Assembly (NCBI GenBank): GCA_963708075.1
Contig: OY970194.1
Coordinates: 7,232,001-7,296,000 of the forward strand
Direction of reading: 5' to 3'
DNA: 64,000 nt
Source of the DNA: Sedimentisphaerales bacterium
GTDB lineage: Bacteria; Planctomycetota; Phycisphaerae; Sedimentisphaerales; Anaerobacaceae
The position numbers and the translations under genes are program-made. Of the stretch, positions 30,913 through 40,430 are shown piece after piece. Numbering within the stretch: the first letter of the stretch is position 1; each line of letters opens with the position of its first letter. Under the pieces are notes generated by a model. The model worked only from the letters and a program-made list of their open reading frames with translations, searched no databases and was not told the origin of the DNA.

Positions 30913-31443
30913 TCATGATTTGAAGACTTCGCCGGCCAGGTCTTCGCCGGCTTGAGCGGCATAGTACTGCTTCATGACTGCCTGGCCGCGAGTGCGCGCC
31001 TTGTCAAAGGAGGAGAAGATTCCGGCCTTGGTGAGGAACAGGATGGCCACGCATGCCGCCACATTGGTCACAGCGCAGCGGTACCTGATGCATCTTTCCA
31101 TAAGGCAGGGCTCCGGCTTGGCCTCTTCAAGCCGGCGTGCCTGGGCGGCCTCACGCAACTGGTGATTGAGCATTCGCATGGCGGCGGAGTTCGCACGCAT
31201 CAGCAGGTCGAGCCGGTGAGGCTGTGATTTGACTGCGGATAGCGCCAAGTCCACCTTGGCGATCGCCGCCAGACGCCTCTGACAACGGGGACAACTGGCC
31301 ACGTGTCTCTGGACCCACACGGCCTCGGGGCTGAATCGGCGGCGCGCCGAATCTGCCAGGCGCTGCCGGATCCTCTTGCACGGGCCCGGGGCCGCCTTGC
31401 TTCCACGCGAATCGCTATTCTCCCTGTGTATCAGGAGTCTCAT
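30913..31443 (-). CDS. Putative zinc-binding anti-sigma factor
   Basis: HxxxCxxC (RHVASCPRC), C-terminal hydrophobic segment, ATGA overlap with the sigma gene. Confidence 0.7.
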   Translation of the reverse strand: MRLLIHRENSDSRGSKAAPGPCKRIRQRLADSARRRFSPEAVWVQRHVASCPRCQRRLAAIAKVDLALSAVKSQPHRLDLLMRANSAAMRMLNHQLREAAQARRLEEAKPEPCLMERCIRYRCAVTNVAACVAILFLTKAGIFSSFDKARTRGQAVMKQYYAAQAGEDLAGEVFKS

Positions 31444-32003
31444 TGGTTGTCCTCTGTATTCATCCACATGGCCAACAGTTGCACGGCCTTGCAGCGGTAG
31501 ACCCTGGCGGTCCCGGCCGAAACACCCAGGATGCGGGCGACTTCCGGATACGACAGTTCCCCGAAATCGCGAAGCATGATCACGTTTCGCAGGTGCTCGG
31601 GCAACTCGGCTACATGCTGCCGAAGGCTCTCGGCCAAATGCCGGGTATCGAAATCTCTCTCGCTGACCTGCGGCTCCTCAGCCGCCTGGGTCATGTTTGA
31701 CAACGTCTTCTTCTCGACCAGCCTTTCCCGCAGCATCGTGATAGCGGTGTTGCTGGCCGTGCGGAACAGGTAGGCCTTGATCCAGCGGGGTTTGCGGCTG
31801 TCGTCCAGGTGGGCCAGACGCAGGAAGATGGTCTGGTAGGCGTCGCACACGTCCTGCTCGTTGCCCAGGATTCGCCAGAGCATCGTCACCAGCTCATGGC
31901 CGTGCTTCTGCATAGCCGTGACAATCCAGCGCTGGCTCGCGTCCACAGCCTGGCATGCCGCAGAATCCCAGATCAGGTCGTAACTGACGGCCTTACCGAA
32001 CAT
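31440..32003 (-). CDS. ECF sigma-70 factor
   Basis: Region 2 D.YQ.IFL...YLFRTA.N; region 4 LP...R.VI.LR...LSY.EVA.ILG.S.GT.R. Confidence 0.92.
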   Translation of the reverse strand: MFGKAVSYDLIWDSAACQAVDASQRWIVTAMQKHGHELVTMLWRILGNEQDVCDAYQTIFLRLAHLDDSRKPRWIKAYLFRTASNTAITMLRERLVEKKTLSNMTQAAEEPQVSERDFDTRHLAESLRQHVAELPEHLRNVIMLRDFGELSYPEVARILGVSAGTARVYRCKAVQLLAMWMNTEDNQ

Positions 32004-32041
32004 AGGTACCTTGTCCTATTGGCTTTTGCTTCGCCCTATAT

Positions 32042-32067
32042 GACGGTCCGTCGCTCATTATGTTAAC
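32042..32067 (-). promoter_or_regulatory. Putative ECF (autoregulatory) promoter
   Basis: GTTAAC-N16-CGTC about 40 nt upstream of the ECF start codon. Confidence 0.45.
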
Positions 32068-32188
32068 ACCAAATGCCGCCGGAGATGAAAAAATCTTATG
32101 CCGATTAACAGCCTTCTTCGCGGCACGTCTTAAGATTAGGTAGAGCAGCCAACGGGGCTGTGCAAACGGAATACCATGGTTGTGTCTT

Positions 32189-33400
32189 ATGAGTGCACAA
32201 ACACACAGGAATCATCACCCGAAGGCATCGCCTGAGGCCCAGGACGTGGTCGCCATCGTGGATGAGCTGCTCAAGAAGGCGGTCGTCGCCGGGGCCAGCG
32301 ATATCCACTTTGAGCCGACGGGGCCCGATCTGAAGGTGAAATACCGGCTGGATGGTGTGCTGAACCCGGTGGAGAGCCTGCCGGCAGCGGTGGCGGACAA
32401 CATGATCGCCCGGCTGAAGGTACTAGGCGGGCTGCTTACATACCGCAATGACGTGCCGCAGGAGGGCCGGCTGGAGCTGTCCGACAACCCTTCCGATAAG
32501 GTCACGGATGTCCGCCTGGCCGTCTTCCCGACCATCCACGGCCAGCGAGCCGTCGTGCGACTATTCTATAGGAACGAGGAGCTGATGTCGCTCGACCGCC
32601 TTGGATTTGCTCCCCGGATGGAGTCGCTGCTCAAGGGCATCGCGGTGCAGAATCAAGGCGTCCTGCTGGTCACCGGTCCTGCCGGCAGCGGCAAGAGCAC
32701 GACCCTGGCGGCCTTGCTCCGGCATATCACTGAGACCTTGCCGGGCAAGAGCGTCGTGACGCTGGAGGACCCGGTGGAAATCCGGATTGAGGGCGTGACG
32801 CAGGTACCGATCACGCCACATGGGCAAATGACCTTCCCGACGGCCCTGCGCTCGCTGCTGCGCCAGGACCCGCAGGTCCTCATGATCGGCGAGATCCGCG
32901 ACGCTGAGACGGCCCGAATCGCCATTGAGGCAGGACTCACGGGGCATCTGCTTATGAGCACGATGCACAGCGGCAGTCCCGCCGGCGCATTGCTGCGACT
33001 GCTGGAGATGGGTGTCGAGCCCTACCAGGTGACTTCGAGCATATCCGCGGTCGTCAGTCAAAGGCTCGTTCGAAGGCTCTGCGGGAAATGCAGGAAACAG
33101 GGCGGCAACGGCCAGTTTGAGCCGGTTGGCTGCGAGTCATGCTTTGGCACGGGCTATCACGGCCGCGTTCTCATCGCCGAAATGGTCCGCCTGGATAGCG
33201 ATCTGCGCAAGGCCATCCTCGCCAAGGCCGACCTCGATGAGTTGGAAGCCCTGCTCAGAGCCAAAGACCACACCACCATTCTCGCCGACGGCAAACGCCT
33301 GGTCGAGACGGGTGTCACCACGCATGCCGAGTTGCAGAAAGCCTGCGGAATCGCATCGGATGGCGATTTCTCAGGTCACGAACAACAGTGTGGCAACTGA
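32189..33400 (+). CDS. GspE/PilB-family assembly ATPase (short form)
   Basis: ASDIH.EP, PQEG, GPAGSGKSTT, TLEDPVE, LRQDP, GEIRD, TGH...TMH, tetra-Cys motif. Confidence 0.95.
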   Translation: MSAQTHRNHHPKASPEAQDVVAIVDELLKKAVVAGASDIHFEPTGPDLKVKYRLDGVLNPVESLPAAVADNMIARLKVLGGLLTYRNDVPQEGRLELSDNPSDKVTDVRLAVFPTIHGQRAVVRLFYRNEELMSLDRLGFAPRMESLLKGIAVQNQGVLLVTGPAGSGKSTTLAALLRHITETLPGKSVVTLEDPVEIRIEGVTQVPITPHGQMTFPTALRSLLRQDPQVLMIGEIRDAETARIAIEAGLTGHLLMSTMHSGSPAGALLRLLEMGVEPYQVTSSISAVVSQRLVRRLCGKCRKQGGNGQFEPVGCESCFGTGYHGRVLIAEMVRLDSDLRKAILAKADLDELEALLRAKDHTTILADGKRLVETGVTTHAELQKACGIASDGDFSGHEQQCGN

Positions 33401-33418
33401 ATGAAGGAGTGGGAACAG

Positions 33419-34402
33419 ATGCGGGCTGATCGGATGAATTGGGTGTTCGTGCTGGCCGTGTCGACTGTAGTCTCGGCGGCCGCTGGAGCAGGGGCACAGA
33501 CGCCGGAGGATGGCACCAAGAAGTTGACTGTGTGTCGTGTGGCACAGGTCGCGGGCGCGGCGGAGCTGCGGCTGCTGCCCAAATCGGAGGAATTGACGGA
33601 TGCTGATGCTTTTCCCCTGTATGAGAAGGCTGTCAAGTCGGTGCCGAAGGAACTGGATTGGGACAAGATCAAAGCCTGGAGGCAGATCCCTGTGAGCCAA
33701 CTTCCGAAGGAGGAGGTTCGCACGGTACTTCAGTCATTCGAGCCGATCCTGCCGTTATTGGAGCAGGCCGGCAAATGCAAGCGATGCGATTGGCCGGTCA
33801 GCTTTGAGGGCGATTCGTCCTTCAATCTCTCGGCCTGTCGCAATATGGTGTTTCTGCTCGCCCTGAAAGCTCGATCCGAGCTTGCCCGCGGCGATTGTGT
33901 ATCGTGTGTGCGGACGCTTGGGACGGGCTTGGCCCTGGCAAAGCACCTGAGTACGGCTCCGACGGTAGTACACGTGCTGGTTGGCGTGGCTATCAGCGCG
34001 GTCATCTGTGGCGAGATCGAGCAGTACGTCCAACAGCCGGGGACGCCGTCTCTGGAGGCGGCGCTTGCGGCCATTCCCAAGCCGCTGTTTGACGAGAACC
34101 ACTCGGAGCTTTACGCTACGGACCAGGCCAGCCGCAGCAGGGCGCAACTGCTGTTCATGCGCGCGAACCGGTACGTGATCGCTTTGCAGTACATCGAGGC
34201 GCTCCGTTTATCCGCCACGAAGGCTGGCAAGTGGCCACAGACGCTCGATGATCTCAAAGCCAGCCTGCCGAATGATCCTGTTTCCGGCAAGCTATTCTCC
34301 TACAAGCGAGTCTCGGACGCTCAAGCGATCCTTGAAGGACCTTTGCCGAAGGGCGGGGATGTCAAAGACACTGTCCGATACGAATTGACTATGGGCAAGT
34401 GA
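33419..34402 (+). CDS. Hypothetical exported protein in the pilus operon
   Basis: Signal peptide; C-terminal GKWPQTLDDL...LPNDPVSGKLFSY resembles a pseudopilin G globular motif. Start uncertain. Confidence 0.65.
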   Translation: MRADRMNWVFVLAVSTVVSAAAGAGAQTPEDGTKKLTVCRVAQVAGAAELRLLPKSEELTDADAFPLYEKAVKSVPKELDWDKIKAWRQIPVSQLPKEEVRTVLQSFEPILPLLEQAGKCKRCDWPVSFEGDSSFNLSACRNMVFLLALKARSELARGDCVSCVRTLGTGLALAKHLSTAPTVVHVLVGVAISAVICGEIEQYVQQPGTPSLEAALAAIPKPLFDENHSELYATDQASRSRAQLLFMRANRYVIALQYIEALRLSATKAGKWPQTLDDLKASLPNDPVSGKLFSYKRVSDAQAILEGPLPKGGDVKDTVRYELTMGK

Positions 34403-34412
34403 GGAGCCAGAC

Positions 34413-35615
34413 ATGGCGATTTTCAGGTATGATGCACTGACGTCGGCGGGGCGGCTGATGAAGGGGACGATCGAAGCGGGCTCGCCGGACGAGGCCAGCG
34501 GGCAGCTTGCCGGGATGGGCCTGCTCGTCAACACGCTCGAGAAGGCCTTGCAGGACCGGCCTCGCACGGCCATCGGACGCAACGAGTTTCTCTTGTTCAA
34601 CCAGCAGTTGGCCTCGATCACGAAGGCCGGAATCCCGCTGGAACGGGGGCTCCGCGAGCTGGCGCAAGATGTCTCCTCGCCGGCAATGCGGCAGCTTGTC
34701 GAGGATATCGCCGCCGACCTGGAGGCCGGCGTGCCCTTGGAAGAAGCGTTCCAGAAAAGGGAGAGGCATTTTCCTCCGCTCTACGGGCGAATCCTCAAGG
34801 CAGGGGTCGAGACGGGCCGGCTCAGCGAAATGCTCACGAGCCTCAATCGCCACCTGGAGCTGGCCGGCCAGACCCGGCGGATCGTCTTCGAGGCCACAAG
34901 CTATCCCGCCGTGATCTTCGTCCTCGGGGCGATCATCATCACGGGCGTCTTCCGATTCGTGATTCCCCAGTTCCGCACTATCCTCGATGAGATGGTATCG
35001 GGCAAGTTGAATCCGATTACGACCATGATTTTTGGCATCGCCGACAATATCATCCCGTTCTGGATCGGCGTCGCGGTTCTTGGTGGCATCCTGGTGGCGG
35101 CTTTCGTGAGTCTCTCGTCCTCGCCCGCCGGGCGCAGGTTCAAGGAGCGATTGTTCCTCAATTTACCAGTGGTCGGCCGGCTGTATCACAACAGTATCCT
35201 GAGCCGGATGGCGGAGGCGATGGCGCTGCTGGTTGGCGCAGGTTGTGACATCCCGGAGGCGATGCGGCTCGGGGCCGTCACCTCCGGCAGCGAGGCACTC
35301 ACGCTCGAGAGCGACCTGGTGGCGCAGCAGATCGAGCGGGGGGCGAACATCCTGGAGGCGGGCCAGGCCACCCGCATGCTGCCGAGGCTGTTCCTCTACT
35401 CCGTCCAGCTCGGCGCCCAACGAAACGAGCTGCAGGACAACCTCTACAGCCTCGGCGAGATGTATGCCGACCAGGCCCGCGTGGGACAGTCGCGGCTGCA
35501 AACGTTCCTGCTGCCCATGATGATTATCACCATCGGCGGCATCATCGCCTGCGCCATCCTGGGCGTGTTCCTGCCGATGATCCAGGTAGTCTCAAGCCTG
35601 TCGTCCGCAGGCTGA
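34413..35615 (+). CDS. GspF/PilC-family platform protein
   Basis: F.Y.A....G....G.IEA, F.QQLA....AGIPL, GVETG.L, YP, second cytoplasmic domain, FLP. Confidence 0.93.
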   Translation: MAIFRYDALTSAGRLMKGTIEAGSPDEASGQLAGMGLLVNTLEKALQDRPRTAIGRNEFLLFNQQLASITKAGIPLERGLRELAQDVSSPAMRQLVEDIAADLEAGVPLEEAFQKRERHFPPLYGRILKAGVETGRLSEMLTSLNRHLELAGQTRRIVFEATSYPAVIFVLGAIIITGVFRFVIPQFRTILDEMVSGKLNPITTMIFGIADNIIPFWIGVAVLGGILVAAFVSLSSSPAGRRFKERLFLNLPVVGRLYHNSILSRMAEAMALLVGAGCDIPEAMRLGAVTSGSEALTLESDLVAQQIERGANILEAGQATRMLPRLFLYSVQLGAQRNELQDNLYSLGEMYADQARVGQSRLQTFLLPMMIITIGGIIACAILGVFLPMIQVVSSLSSAG

Positions 35616-35637
35616 TGCACGTAAGATGAGGTGATCG

Positions 35638-37107
35638 ATGTCCACACTGACAGTCATTGGATTTGGGCTTCTATTCGTTTACGGTATCGTTGGATACAAG
35701 AGGCCAGGCATCGCTTTTATCACGGCGCCGCTGGCTGCTGTGGCATTCGCCTATGTCGCATGGGGTTCCTATTACCAGGAAAATGTCCTCCTGGCGCCCG
35801 TGCTGTTCGTGGTGGCGATGGTCTCCGTCGTCGCCTCCACGTACACCTGCGAATTGAGGGAGTGGTACCACCGTGCGGCGTTGCTGTTGCTGATCTGGTT
35901 CTTCGTGGTGCTCGTGGTGGGAATCCTCCTGGCGGGATTCAGCGAGATCGGGGCCGGCGTGGTCCTGCCCGTGCTGTTCATCCTGGGGCTGATCGCGATT
36001 ACCCTGTCGGCCATCGGTTTCGGGCTGGCGTCCCGCCGAACTATCGCAACAAGTGTTTTTTCGACTGTCGGCGCGAGCATGAGGCAGAACCTGCCCCTGC
36101 CGATGGCTCTGGATTGCGCCGCCGTCGGACGCTACGACGCCACCTCCAGGGTCCTGCGGCGGATCAAGACGTGGATGGTGAAAGGCTACTCGCTGAGCGA
36201 GGCGGTCAGCCGGGGTTACCCGCAATGTCCCTCGCGGGCCCTGGCCCTGCTTGCAGCGGGCGAGCGAATCGGCCAGCTTCCGGCGGCTGTCCGGGCCGTG
36301 GAGGCGGACATGAAATCCCGTGTGAAGGAGCGAACGTGGCTGCGGCCGGTTCATCCGGCCTATCCCGTGGTCATGCTCATCATTCTCTTTCTGTTCACCA
36401 TGGGCCTCCTGCGGTTTGTCATACCTCAGTTCAAGGCAATACTGGAAGAGATGAACGAAGGCAAGCTGCCCGCCGCGACGCGCCTGCTCATACGCATCGT
36501 CGAGCCTGTGATGACCGGCGATGGCCTGATCCTGTTGCTCTGTCTCGTTGTCATGAGTGCTTCCGGCCTCTGGATCTACGGGGCGTGGCGCAGGCGGCGG
36601 CCGGAAAAGCCGTACCTGCTCTCGCGGCTCGGCGACTCCATCAAGTGGCATCTGCCGATCCTGCACTGGTTCGAGAGGAACCGCGCCATGGTGCAGGTGG
36701 TGGAAGTGCTACGGATGTCGCTTGACGCCGGCTGCCCGGTCAACGAGGCGATCCGGAGCACGCTGCAGTTGGACGTGAACCTCTGTTTTCGAGTGCGCCT
36801 GGCGTGCTGGCTCCGGCTTGTCGAGCGAGGCGAGGCGATCGGCGACTCCGCCCGCCGCTGCGGACTGGGCCATGCCCTGGCCTGGGCATTCGATGGGGGC
36901 GCGGAAACGGGCAACACGCCGGCGGTACTCGAGATGCTCGATGCCCATTACCGGTCCAACTACAGTTATCGCGTGAATCTCGCGAGATTCATCCTGTGGC
37001 CGCTGGGGATCATCATGCTCGGCGCCGCCGTGGGATTCGTCGTCTTTGCGGTCTTCTCGGCCCTCATGGCGACGCTGACGCAGAGCATCGCACATGTGTA
37101 TCCATAG
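35638..37107 (+). CDS. Second GspF/PilC-family protein with extra N-terminal TM helices
   Basis: GE.IGQL, YP..ML, FVIPQF......E...LP..T; ~130-aa hydrophobic N-terminal extension. Confidence 0.85.
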   Translation: MSTLTVIGFGLLFVYGIVGYKRPGIAFITAPLAAVAFAYVAWGSYYQENVLLAPVLFVVAMVSVVASTYTCELREWYHRAALLLLIWFFVVLVVGILLAGFSEIGAGVVLPVLFILGLIAITLSAIGFGLASRRTIATSVFSTVGASMRQNLPLPMALDCAAVGRYDATSRVLRRIKTWMVKGYSLSEAVSRGYPQCPSRALALLAAGERIGQLPAAVRAVEADMKSRVKERTWLRPVHPAYPVVMLIILFLFTMGLLRFVIPQFKAILEEMNEGKLPAATRLLIRIVEPVMTGDGLILLLCLVVMSASGLWIYGAWRRRRPEKPYLLSRLGDSIKWHLPILHWFERNRAMVQVVEVLRMSLDAGCPVNEAIRSTLQLDVNLCFRVRLACWLRLVERGEAIGDSARRCGLGHALAWAFDGGAETGNTPAVLEMLDAHYRSNYSYRVNLARFILWPLGIIMLGAAVGFVVFAVFSALMATLTQSIAHVYP

Positions 37108-37120
37108 TGAGGCATGGTCT

Positions 37121-37501
37121 ATGAGGAATACGCGATACAAAGGGATCTTCCTGGCAGACTTCCTGACCAGCATCGTGCTGCTGGGCCTGATCATCATGAT
37201 CCTGGCGACATCGATGAATGGCTTCTCGAAGTTTAACCAGTACCAGTGGGCTCGCCAGCGCTGCATAGCCGCCGCGACGGCGCAGATCGACAGTATCACG
37301 GCGACCGGCTCGCCCATTGAGGAACAGGAGCTGCAGCGCTTGTGGCCATATGTGACTGTCACGGTGGATCGCTCTCGCATGGACGGGCGCTGGGACGGCC
37401 TGGAGCTGGTTCAGGTCACCGCCGCCGCCAGAGAGGTGAAGGTCCACCTGGTGCGGTACATCCAGCCTCAGCCGACCGTCGCGAAAGGAGGGCAGAGCTG
37501 A
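37121..37501 (+). CDS. Minor pilin-like protein (atypical prepilin motif)
   Basis: Basic leader then G|IFLAD and a hydrophobic helix. Confidence 0.65.
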   Translation: MRNTRYKGIFLADFLTSIVLLGLIIMILATSMNGFSKFNQYQWARQRCIAAATAQIDSITATGSPIEEQELQRLWPYVTVTVDRSRMDGRWDGLELVQVTAAAREVKVHLVRYIQPQPTVAKGGQS

Positions 37502-38022
37502 TGCGAAAGGCATTTACCCTGATTGAGATGCTCCTCATCATCACGATTGCCCCGCTCGTGATGGTGGTGATCAGCCAAGTATTTGCGACCTTTATCCAGG
37601 ATATTCCGCGGGAGACGCGAGTCGTCCAGCAAAGCACCACGATGCTCGATATGCTGAGGCAGGTCCGGCAGGACGTGGATGAGGCAGTCGGTCTGCCGGA
37701 GCGAGTCGGCGATACTGCCGCCGATGAGCGTACGTTGCTGGTAGGTCGGCCGGATGTTGTGGTCTGTTACCGATTCGAGGACGGCCGGGCTGTGCGGACG
37801 CTGCTGAAAGGGCAGGGGGCCGCCGATCCGAATGATCAGCGCGTCTGGCGGATGCCTAATGCGGTGATCACGTGGCAGCCGTGGAAGGAGGACGGCAGAG
37901 CATACGCCGTCGAGATGCACTCGCACGTGCAGCAGCGGTTCGCCGACCTGCTTCGAAAAAGGCTCGCCAACTCGCAGGTCTTCTTTGTCAACGGGGCCGG
38001 AAAGGGGCGTGGGGTCCGATGA
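37501..38022 (+). CDS. Prepilin-type protein (PulJ/PilW-like)
   Basis: MRKA|FTLIEML N-methylation motif. Confidence 0.8.
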   Translation: MRKAFTLIEMLLIITIAPLVMVVISQVFATFIQDIPRETRVVQQSTTMLDMLRQVRQDVDEAVGLPERVGDTAADERTLLVGRPDVVVCYRFEDGRAVRTLLKGQGAADPNDQRVWRMPNAVITWQPWKEDGRAYAVEMHSHVQQRFADLLRKRLANSQVFFVNGAGKGRGVR

Positions 38023-38402
38023 GAACGCGAAACAACAAGGGCTTCCTTCTGACATTTGTCATCGTCGCACTGGCGTTGATGGGCACGATCCTGTTCGTTC
38101 TGGGCGCGGGGTCCAATGCGATGCTCTTCCACGCCGACACGGCCTATCTGCAAGCGGTCGAGCGCAACCTGGTCTCCAGCGGCCTGGCCTGGGCGCGGGC
38201 GAGCATCGCCGCCCACGGCGCTGCCGCAGTCAGTGAGCCCGTTGAACTGAGCACCGAGGCATTCGACACCCCAAAGGCCGGCCTGAGCGTCAAGATCACG
38301 CAGGTGCAGGCCGACCGGGCTACCGTCCGCATCGCCACATCCTGCAGCAAAGGCCGCCGCACGCTCAGCACAAGCCGCGATTACACCATCGACCTGCCCT
38401 GA
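38019..38402 (+). CDS. Minor pilin-like protein (PilX/GspK-like, no Glu5)
   Basis: NNKG|FLLTFVIVAL; ATGA overlap with the upstream gene. Confidence 0.65.
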   Translation: MRTRNNKGFLLTFVIVALALMGTILFVLGAGSNAMLFHADTAYLQAVERNLVSSGLAWARASIAAHGAAAVSEPVELSTEAFDTPKAGLSVKITQVQADRATVRIATSCSKGRRTLSTSRDYTIDLP

Positions 38403-38616
38403 CGCGATTCGCCCCGGTGCACGAATCCGCCATCCCGCGAGGCATCATGCTTACGCCTGCGTCAAGCACGCTTGGTCCGCATAAACGCAGCACAAGAATC
38501 CCTCAGAATCCGTATAAACCTCTTGCAGTTCCGTCCGAAGTGTTGTACACTTTTGGTTTAGACTTGCACGGCAGTGCCGTGCCGGTCGTGCATCCGGCGA
38601 AGCCGGGATGCTGCCT

Positions 38617-38689
38617 GGGTGATTAGCTCAATCGGTAGAGCATCGCACTCTTAATGCGGCGGTTGAAGGTTCGATTCCTTCATCACCCA
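38617..38689 (+). tRNA. trnK: tRNA-Lys(CTT)
   Basis: Acceptor GGGTGAT/ATCACCC, D-arm GCTC..GAGC, anticodon loop CT-CTT-AA, T-arm GAAGG-TTCGATT-CCTTC; CCA not encoded. Confidence 0.96.
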
Positions 38690-39000
38690 AGTCCCTGTCC
38701 TGTAAGGACTTGCAGTAATTCGCACTGACACGCGAATCCTCGTTTTCGGAGTCTCCATGAGAGTTCTCGTGCGATTCAGTGCTACTCATAGCGGCAGACC
38801 GCTGCGCTGGTTTTTGCGATTCATGCCTTGTCATCGAAAAGATGCCGCACATTCAGCATGATTCCAGGTTCGTCCATACCTCAACCAGGCCCATACTCTT
38901 GGACCTTCCGATGCCATTCCTGCCCAGCGAACGACAGCTCATCGCTTGCGTAGTCACAGCAGGGTGTTCATGATCTACTTGGACCGCAGGAGAAGCTTTT

Positions 39001-39915
39001 ATGCCATCCGGGTACGACATCCCGGCAGCATTCACAGGTCACCTGAGAATAGGCACCTGCTCGTGGAAGTACGATTCATGGAAGGGACTCGTCTACGAGC
39101 CGGACAAGCGATATCGGCCGGATGACTATCTGCCGGACTATGCACGGCACTTCAACACTGTGGAGATCGATCAGTGGTTTTGGAGCCTGTTCCCCGCCGG
39201 TGCAAGGCTGCCGGACCCCGACGCAGTGAAACGCTACGCCGACAGCGTGCCTGACGATTTCCGGTTCACCATCAAAGCCCCCAATGCGATTACCTTGACC
39301 CATTCCTATGCCAAGCAGCCTAAGGGCTCCGAACGACTCGCCAATGAGCCGAACCCACACTTTCTTAGCACGGATCTGTTGAACCGCTTCCTTGAAACGC
39401 TCGAATCCATGCATGGCAAACTCGGGCCGATCATGTTCCAGTTTGAGTACCTCAACAAGCAGAAGATGCCATCGATGTCAGTGTTCCTGGAGCGGCTACA
39501 TGTGTTCTTCGCGAAGGCCCCGGCTGGATTCCAATACGCCATCGAGACCAGGAACCCGAATTACCTCAGGGATGAATTCCTGGATGCTCTTCGGCAACTC
39601 CGCGTTGGGTGCGTGCTCTTGGACGGATACTACATGCCGCGGATTGCGGCAGTGGCCACCAAGCTCGATGTTCGTACGGCACCGCTGTCAGTCATCCGCC
39701 TCCACGGTCCCGGCCGGGCTGAGATCGAGGAACAGACTGGCGGCGTGTGGGACAAAATCGTCGAGCCCAAAGATGATGGGCTCAAGGCGACGGCGGATAT
39801 TGTCAGGCAGAACATGGAACATGGTGTGGACACGTATGTCAACGTGAATAACCACTACGAGGGTAGTGCGCCGCTGACCATCCAGCGATTGCTGGAAATC
39901 CTACGGCAAGGTTGA
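39001..39915 (+). CDS. DUF72-family protein, copy 1
   Basis: IGTCSWKY..W.G, FNTVEID, F.F.IKAP..IT, IRLHG, Y.NVNNHYEG.AP. Confidence 0.9.
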   Translation: MPSGYDIPAAFTGHLRIGTCSWKYDSWKGLVYEPDKRYRPDDYLPDYARHFNTVEIDQWFWSLFPAGARLPDPDAVKRYADSVPDDFRFTIKAPNAITLTHSYAKQPKGSERLANEPNPHFLSTDLLNRFLETLESMHGKLGPIMFQFEYLNKQKMPSMSVFLERLHVFFAKAPAGFQYAIETRNPNYLRDEFLDALRQLRVGCVLLDGYYMPRIAAVATKLDVRTAPLSVIRLHGPGRAEIEEQTGGVWDKIVEPKDDGLKATADIVRQNMEHGVDTYVNVNNHYEGSAPLTIQRLLEILRQG

Positions 39916-40237
39916 TCCAGATGAGCTGCCCTTCTCATAGAGGATTCCTTTGCAGGCCGTGACCACCACGGGTACAATAGAGATGTCTCGCTAATACGCC
40001 GTCCAGCTACGGGCCAAATAGTCTCGCTTCCACTCCCTCCATTGGCCCGGACGGCGGGTCGGGTGCCAAGTCTCTCAATCTTCAAGGGTATTCCGCTAAA
40101 TCGCCGGTGCCCGGCGTCTGCGCCTATCCCCCTGGTGGCAGTGTCGGTGGAGGCGGGAATATTCAGGTCTTTTCGTCTATGGCTGTCTCTCGCTCAGAAA
40201 TGAGGATGCCCCCTGCAAAAATACGTAGGTCTACGGA

Positions 40238-40266
40238 TTGCCGACAGGAGCAGGCGAGGCTATATT
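40238..40266 (+). promoter_or_regulatory. Putative sigma70 promoter
   Basis: TTGCCG-N17-TATATT. Confidence 0.45.
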
Positions 40267-40430
40267 GTTGTCGCTTGGCGGGCGCTGTGACCGAGCGCCC
40301 AACGGAGTTGACATTCCCACGGCATCTGCCGTCAGTAACACGTATTGTGCCGGGCTTCGCGGCCGGAAAGTTCCAGACCAGCCCTATCTTTCGGAGATAG
40401 GGTGACAACTGACTTTTGGAGAGGTGCAGC

